From Trichodelitschia bisporula (lineage: Eukaryota), in contig ML996705.1 of NCBI GenBank assembly GCA_010356995.1, forward strand, positions 496,001 to 560,000: 64,000 nucleotides of DNA, read 5' to 3'. The notes beneath the pieces are model-generated. The model did no database searches. It was not told where the DNA came from and worked only from the letters and a program-made list of their open reading frames with translations. Both the position numbers and the translations under genes were made by a program. Positions within the stretch are counted from its first letter, which is position 1; each line of letters begins with the position of its first letter. Positions 59,771 through 64,000 of this stretch are shown here, one piece after another.

Positions 59771-62092
59771 ATGGCATCTGCCGTAAGTGTACACCTGTCC
59801 GCCCGCTTGAAGCATCACATTTCGGTGAGATTAGTGCTAATACTGCAAAGCAGTCTAACCAGCCGCGTCACTTCAATCCTCCTAACTACCTGCCGAACGG
59901 CGCGCCGGCTGCGGGAAACAACTCGATGCCGTCTGGCGCCACCCCAACCGCAGCCAACCAGGCTCGTGTCTTTCAGACGGGTCCGGTTAGGGTTCTCTGC
60001 ATCGCGGACGTGAGAGGTTAGTTCATCGCTAATAGTTGTAGCTTATGGTGCGGACAGTGCTGACTCCGTAGGCAACTTGCGCTCACTCAACGACCTTGCG
60101 CGTGATGCTAGAGCCAACTACATTATCCACACTGGTGACTTCGGTTTCTATGATGACAAGTCGTTAGACCGCATCGCAGAGAAGTAAGCAACATAACAAT
60201 CGTTTCCAGCCCTGTGCTGACTCCTGCCCAGGACGCTGCGGCACGTGGCGCAATACTCGCCCCTCTTGACCGAGCCCGTCAAGCGGACCATTGCCACTTC
60301 CCCCGCGCAGCCTTCCATCAAGGAGCGCATCCCGCGCGAGCAACTGCCGCTCTCTGAGCTCCCGAAATTTCTCGATGGCACCCACACTCTCGACGTTCCA
60401 GTCTACACGGTTTGGGGCGCGTGCGAGGACGTCCAGGTCTTGGAAAAGCTCCGCTCCGGTGAATATAAGGTCAACAACCTCCATATCATCGATGAGGCGC
60501 ACTCTCGACTGCTGGAGGTGGGTGGTGTAAAGCTGCGGCTTCTGGGTCTCGGTGGTGCCGTCGTCATGCACAAGCTCTTCGACAACGGCGAAGGCCGCAC
60601 CACCATCGCTGGAGGCCAGGGTACCATGTGGACGACTCTGCTGCAGATGGGAGAGCTTGTAGACACAGCCAATCGCGTTTACGACCCCACCGAGACGCGC
60701 GTTTTCGTCACGCACGCTTCGCCCGCCCGTGAAGGTCTCCTCAACCAGCTCTCCGTCACCCTGAAGGCGGACTTTTCCATCTCCGCGGGTCTGCACTTCC
60801 GTTACGGTAGTTCGTACAACGAGTTCAGCGTCAACCCTACCCTGGATCACTATCGCGGCAAGCTTGCGGCGTCCCGCGCCTCGTTCGACGATGTCTGGCA
60901 GACGGTCAAGGGTGAGGTGGAGCCCGCGGTCGAGGAGAACGAGTCGCAGAAGCGTCTGCTTAACTACGCCTTGGAACTTGTCTCGAAGATGCCGAGCGTC
61001 GCGAACGGCGGCAACCCCTTTGGCGGTCAGTCCGCGCCTGGCAGCGGCCAGATCGACGAGAGCGCGTTTAAGAACATGTGGAACTTCAATCTCGCTGATG
61101 CAGCCTACGGATGGCTGCTCTTGGATGTTGAGGCTGGTCGCATCGCCACGGAGATGCGCGCTCAGGGCTTCAACTTTGCTCACCGTAGCGGCAAATCCAA
61201 TACGCAACAACAGGCACAGTCCGTCACGCCCGCTGCCGGATCCCCTGCTCCTCCAGCTGGCATAAGCCCTGTTGTGAACCAAGCACCGCAGCAGCGCCAA
61301 CCCCCTCCGTCTGCGGCTCCGACGCAGCAGCCGCGGCCTGCCCCGACCCCTCCGGTTGCACAGCAGCAAGCGCCTCGTGGCGGGGCCCAGCCTCCCCGCA
61401 CCGGACCTTCCCCGGCGCCTGTCACTCCGAAGGAGCCTGTCAAGCCCGCGACGCCGCAGCCCGTTCCCACTGCTTCTTCAGCTCCCGCCACCGAAAACAA
61501 GCCTACTGCTCCAGAGGGCAAGCCTAATGGCACTCCCTCCACCGATAAGCCTCAGGACGCGAAGCCGGAGCCGCAGCAACAGCATCGGAAGCCGTCGCAT
61601 GCTCTTTTCATCCGCAACATTCGGGATGAAGAGGAAGCTCGCAGCTTGATTCCCGAAGAAGACCGTGTCAAGGTCGAGCGCTTTGAGCGTTCTGGCAACT
61701 TCTACATCGTCCACTTTAAGACTGCCGAGGACATGACTTCCACGTTCGACCACGTCCCGCGTGAACTCAAGAATTCGGGGGCGGGGGGCGAGCGCAACAA
61801 GCCGAATGTCGCTATCTATAAGGAGTTTATGCCTCGCGGAGCCGGGACGTGGCAAGGTAGCAACCGTGGGCCCAACACTCCGGGCGGCTACCGTAGCGGA
61901 GGTGCGAGCGACAGTGAGGGTGGTCGTGGTGGATACCGCGGTGGTCGTGGACGTGGTCCTCGCGGTGGTGGAAACGAGCGTGGTGGTGGTCGTGGGCGCG
62001 GTGGTCGCGGTGCTTATAACAGTAAGCCTAATGACGCGCCAGCGGGCACCCCTTCCTCTAGTGGACCCACACCCGTTAACGCCGAACACTAG
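59771..62092 (+). CDS. Calcineurin-like metallophosphoesterase-fold protein (DUF2433-type, by recollection) with Pro/Gln linker, RRM-like domain and RGG tail. Exons 59771-59782, about 59851-60016, 60072-60183, 60232-62092
   Basis: VRVLCIADVRG|NLRSLN...IIHTGDFGFYD...PVYTVWGACED...FVTHASP...ISAGLHF; LFIRNI and GNFYIVHF (RNP2/RNP1-like); GGRGGYRGGRGRGPRGG. Splice sites join in frame. Confidence 0.85.
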
Positions 62093-64000
62093 ATTCCTCA
62101 GATTCTATCGAGGGCGCCGCCGATGGGCCTGCGCCTCCTGCTTCGTCTACCCAAACCGATCCGCCTCGTCAGTGGTCGGGTGATGGGCCTGCTCAGCATG
62201 GTCGCGGTAGGGGTCGGCGTAATCAGGGGGGCCGGAAAAAGGACGGTGACGAGAGCAAGGAGAGTGAGAGAAAGGATTGATTTTGTGGCAGGTGTGGTGT
62301 TGATTTCTTTACTGTGATCATATGGTTATGTGGATCGGATTACTGTCTTCGGTTCAGGTGCACGGAGCCGAAGCATGGTGCGCATGGAGTCTGCTTGTCT
62401 CGATGCGCTTTTCTGCGATATGCTACATACTAGGTGGAATGGATGCGGGAAGGCGGGGCTATGCTATTCGTGGGATGCTTTCAGCTGGGCGCTGGCTGAT
62501 GGTTCTTGCGGTTGTTCGTCTCATAAAACGGATTTCCTCCAAACCTCTCGGCCTGCGTGTGCTGTGTGTATTTTCTGTGACTCTTTTCTCGGAGCAGTGT
62601 TGAGTGTTGTGTGAGATACTCCCTATCTTACTTCACTTGGTGCGTTTGCGTTGCGTTGGGCTTGATGCTGGTTGCTTTCGTTGGTGCTGTCGGCGGGGAC
62701 TGCTGGGAGATATGGGGGTTATTCGGTGTGCCTTTCGTGTATGATGCGATGCTATGAGCCTGAATGGCGCGAGCTATTCGTAGTAGATCTTAGAGAATAA
62801 GAGGTTGAGTTCGAGGTTGAACTTGAGGCGCTCGGCTTTTCGCATCACGGTTGCCATAATCACGTGAGGATGGTGCTACAAGAGCCGAATTGGGCAGGAA
62901 GACGAGGATTTATGATTCGGCTATGATTCTGGTCACTATCTGATGTTGCTACCGCATGCTAACGTTGGGGTTTCTGCATGGCGTCCAATTTCCATGGGTA
63001 TCGTGGAGTTTCAAACACGATCACGTGGCCTAGCATCCTTTGTGCTGGCATGCGGCTGCGTGATCCCGACCAGGAACGGATGCTGCCGGTTTGGTCACGT
63101 CGCTGAGGTGCTTCTGCAGGGCATTTATGTCGTTGTCTTCTTGGGGTTTGGGTAGGATTGACAGGGTTCCGGAATCGGTAGGCTAGTTCCGTAGGGGCTG
63201 GGTTCCCCTGCTGGTGATGACGAGGGTGGCCCACCAGTAGGATGGACGGGAGGTGACGATGGTACCTGATTTGAGGATGCGGGGCATGCTCTCGTGGAAG
63301 GCTGATGTGGGGAAGGGTCTTTGTTGTGAGTTGGGAGTTGGAGGTTGTAGAGTATGTGGTCTAGGGACAACACGAGAGTTTCTCGGATGCGACATGAAGG
63401 TGCCTGTAGCCATCCTTTCGTGTTAGCAACTCGACTACTTTGCAGCGGATGAATGGGAGAAACGAGCTGGCCTTTCACCAGACGAAAGTCTTCAAGCAGG
63501 CGGTCCTGCACTTCGGTCCATGTGATGTCCTCCGGCCGCGAGCCTGGAAGTGTGCATTTCGGCAGCTATTGAAACCAGGGACTGCTGTTGAAGCTGCTTC
63601 ATCCTCGTCGCGGATCAAACGCTCGTCCCTTACATGCTGAATATGCCCGATTTTATTTCGTAGCTGAATCATCTCTTGCCAATTACCGTCACGCTATCGA
63701 CCCGCTGCCGGGCGTTTCGATCGTTCTGGTGATTCCTCCGCTCGGACTTGCCGATGGAACGTTGAAGGGGTACCTGGTATGTGAAGCAAGTCAACGGAAG
63801 AGGTTGGAGCAGTTTGACTCCACTTTACTGTGTCGAGCTCGCATATGGCTATGCTTGGACTTTCACCAAACTCTTTCAAGCAGGATGTTAGCCGGCAGTG
63901 CGCGGCTCCGTCTGTCGAGTGGTGTTGCAGCTTGGATCGAAGCAAAAGACTGAAGGAGGAGCCAGTCAACCGGTCGACGGAGCCTGGTCCCTGTTCTCGT

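Noticed and set aside
60164..62089. Long minus-strand ORFs (401 aa, 203 aa)
   Set aside because: Antisense shadows of a GC-rich, codon-biased plus-strand gene with no recognisable motifs. The same applies to 14744-15628 and 44164-44943.
62959..63511. Minus-strand CA-rich leader, ATG and overlapping short ORFs near the window end
   Set aside because: No consistent spliced reading frame or recognisable domain could be built.

Overview
This is a GC-rich, intron-containing region of a filamentous ascomycete (Pezizomycotina) genome; short GT-AG introns with CT[AG]AC branch points support this, and a Dothideomycete assignment would only be a guess. I reconstructed 16 spliced or single-exon protein-coding genes by hand. 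Minus strand, in order: G-protein beta subunit, ATG13, GH27 alpha-galactosidase, Ppc89/Cep57-like spindle-pole-body protein, O-methyltransferase, HIS6, two C2H2 zinc-finger genes, the AcuK/Ert1 Zn2Cys6 regulator, a DHA1 MFS transporter, an acyltransferase-3, a MARVEL-like protein and a secreted/GPI-like repeat protein. Plus strand: an NTF2/SnoaL-like ORF, a PNPOx-FAD/NAD oxidoreductase fusion and a metallophosphoesterase-fold/RRM/RGG protein. I saw no rRNA, tRNA, CRISPR array or intact transposon. Most notable observations: (1) two diverged zinc-finger genes share an intron position and sit in a gene-poor island; (2) stop-free 3n introns interrupt the metal-binding DNA-binding domains of two transcription factors; (3) the G-beta gene has a GC-AG intron; (4) the O-methyltransferase has a cryptic mitochondrial presequence overlapping a TATA box; (5) a degenerate phosphoesterase is fused to RNA-binding modules; (6) 13 consecutive genes are co-oriented. 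All family assignments come from motif recognition by eye, not database searches.
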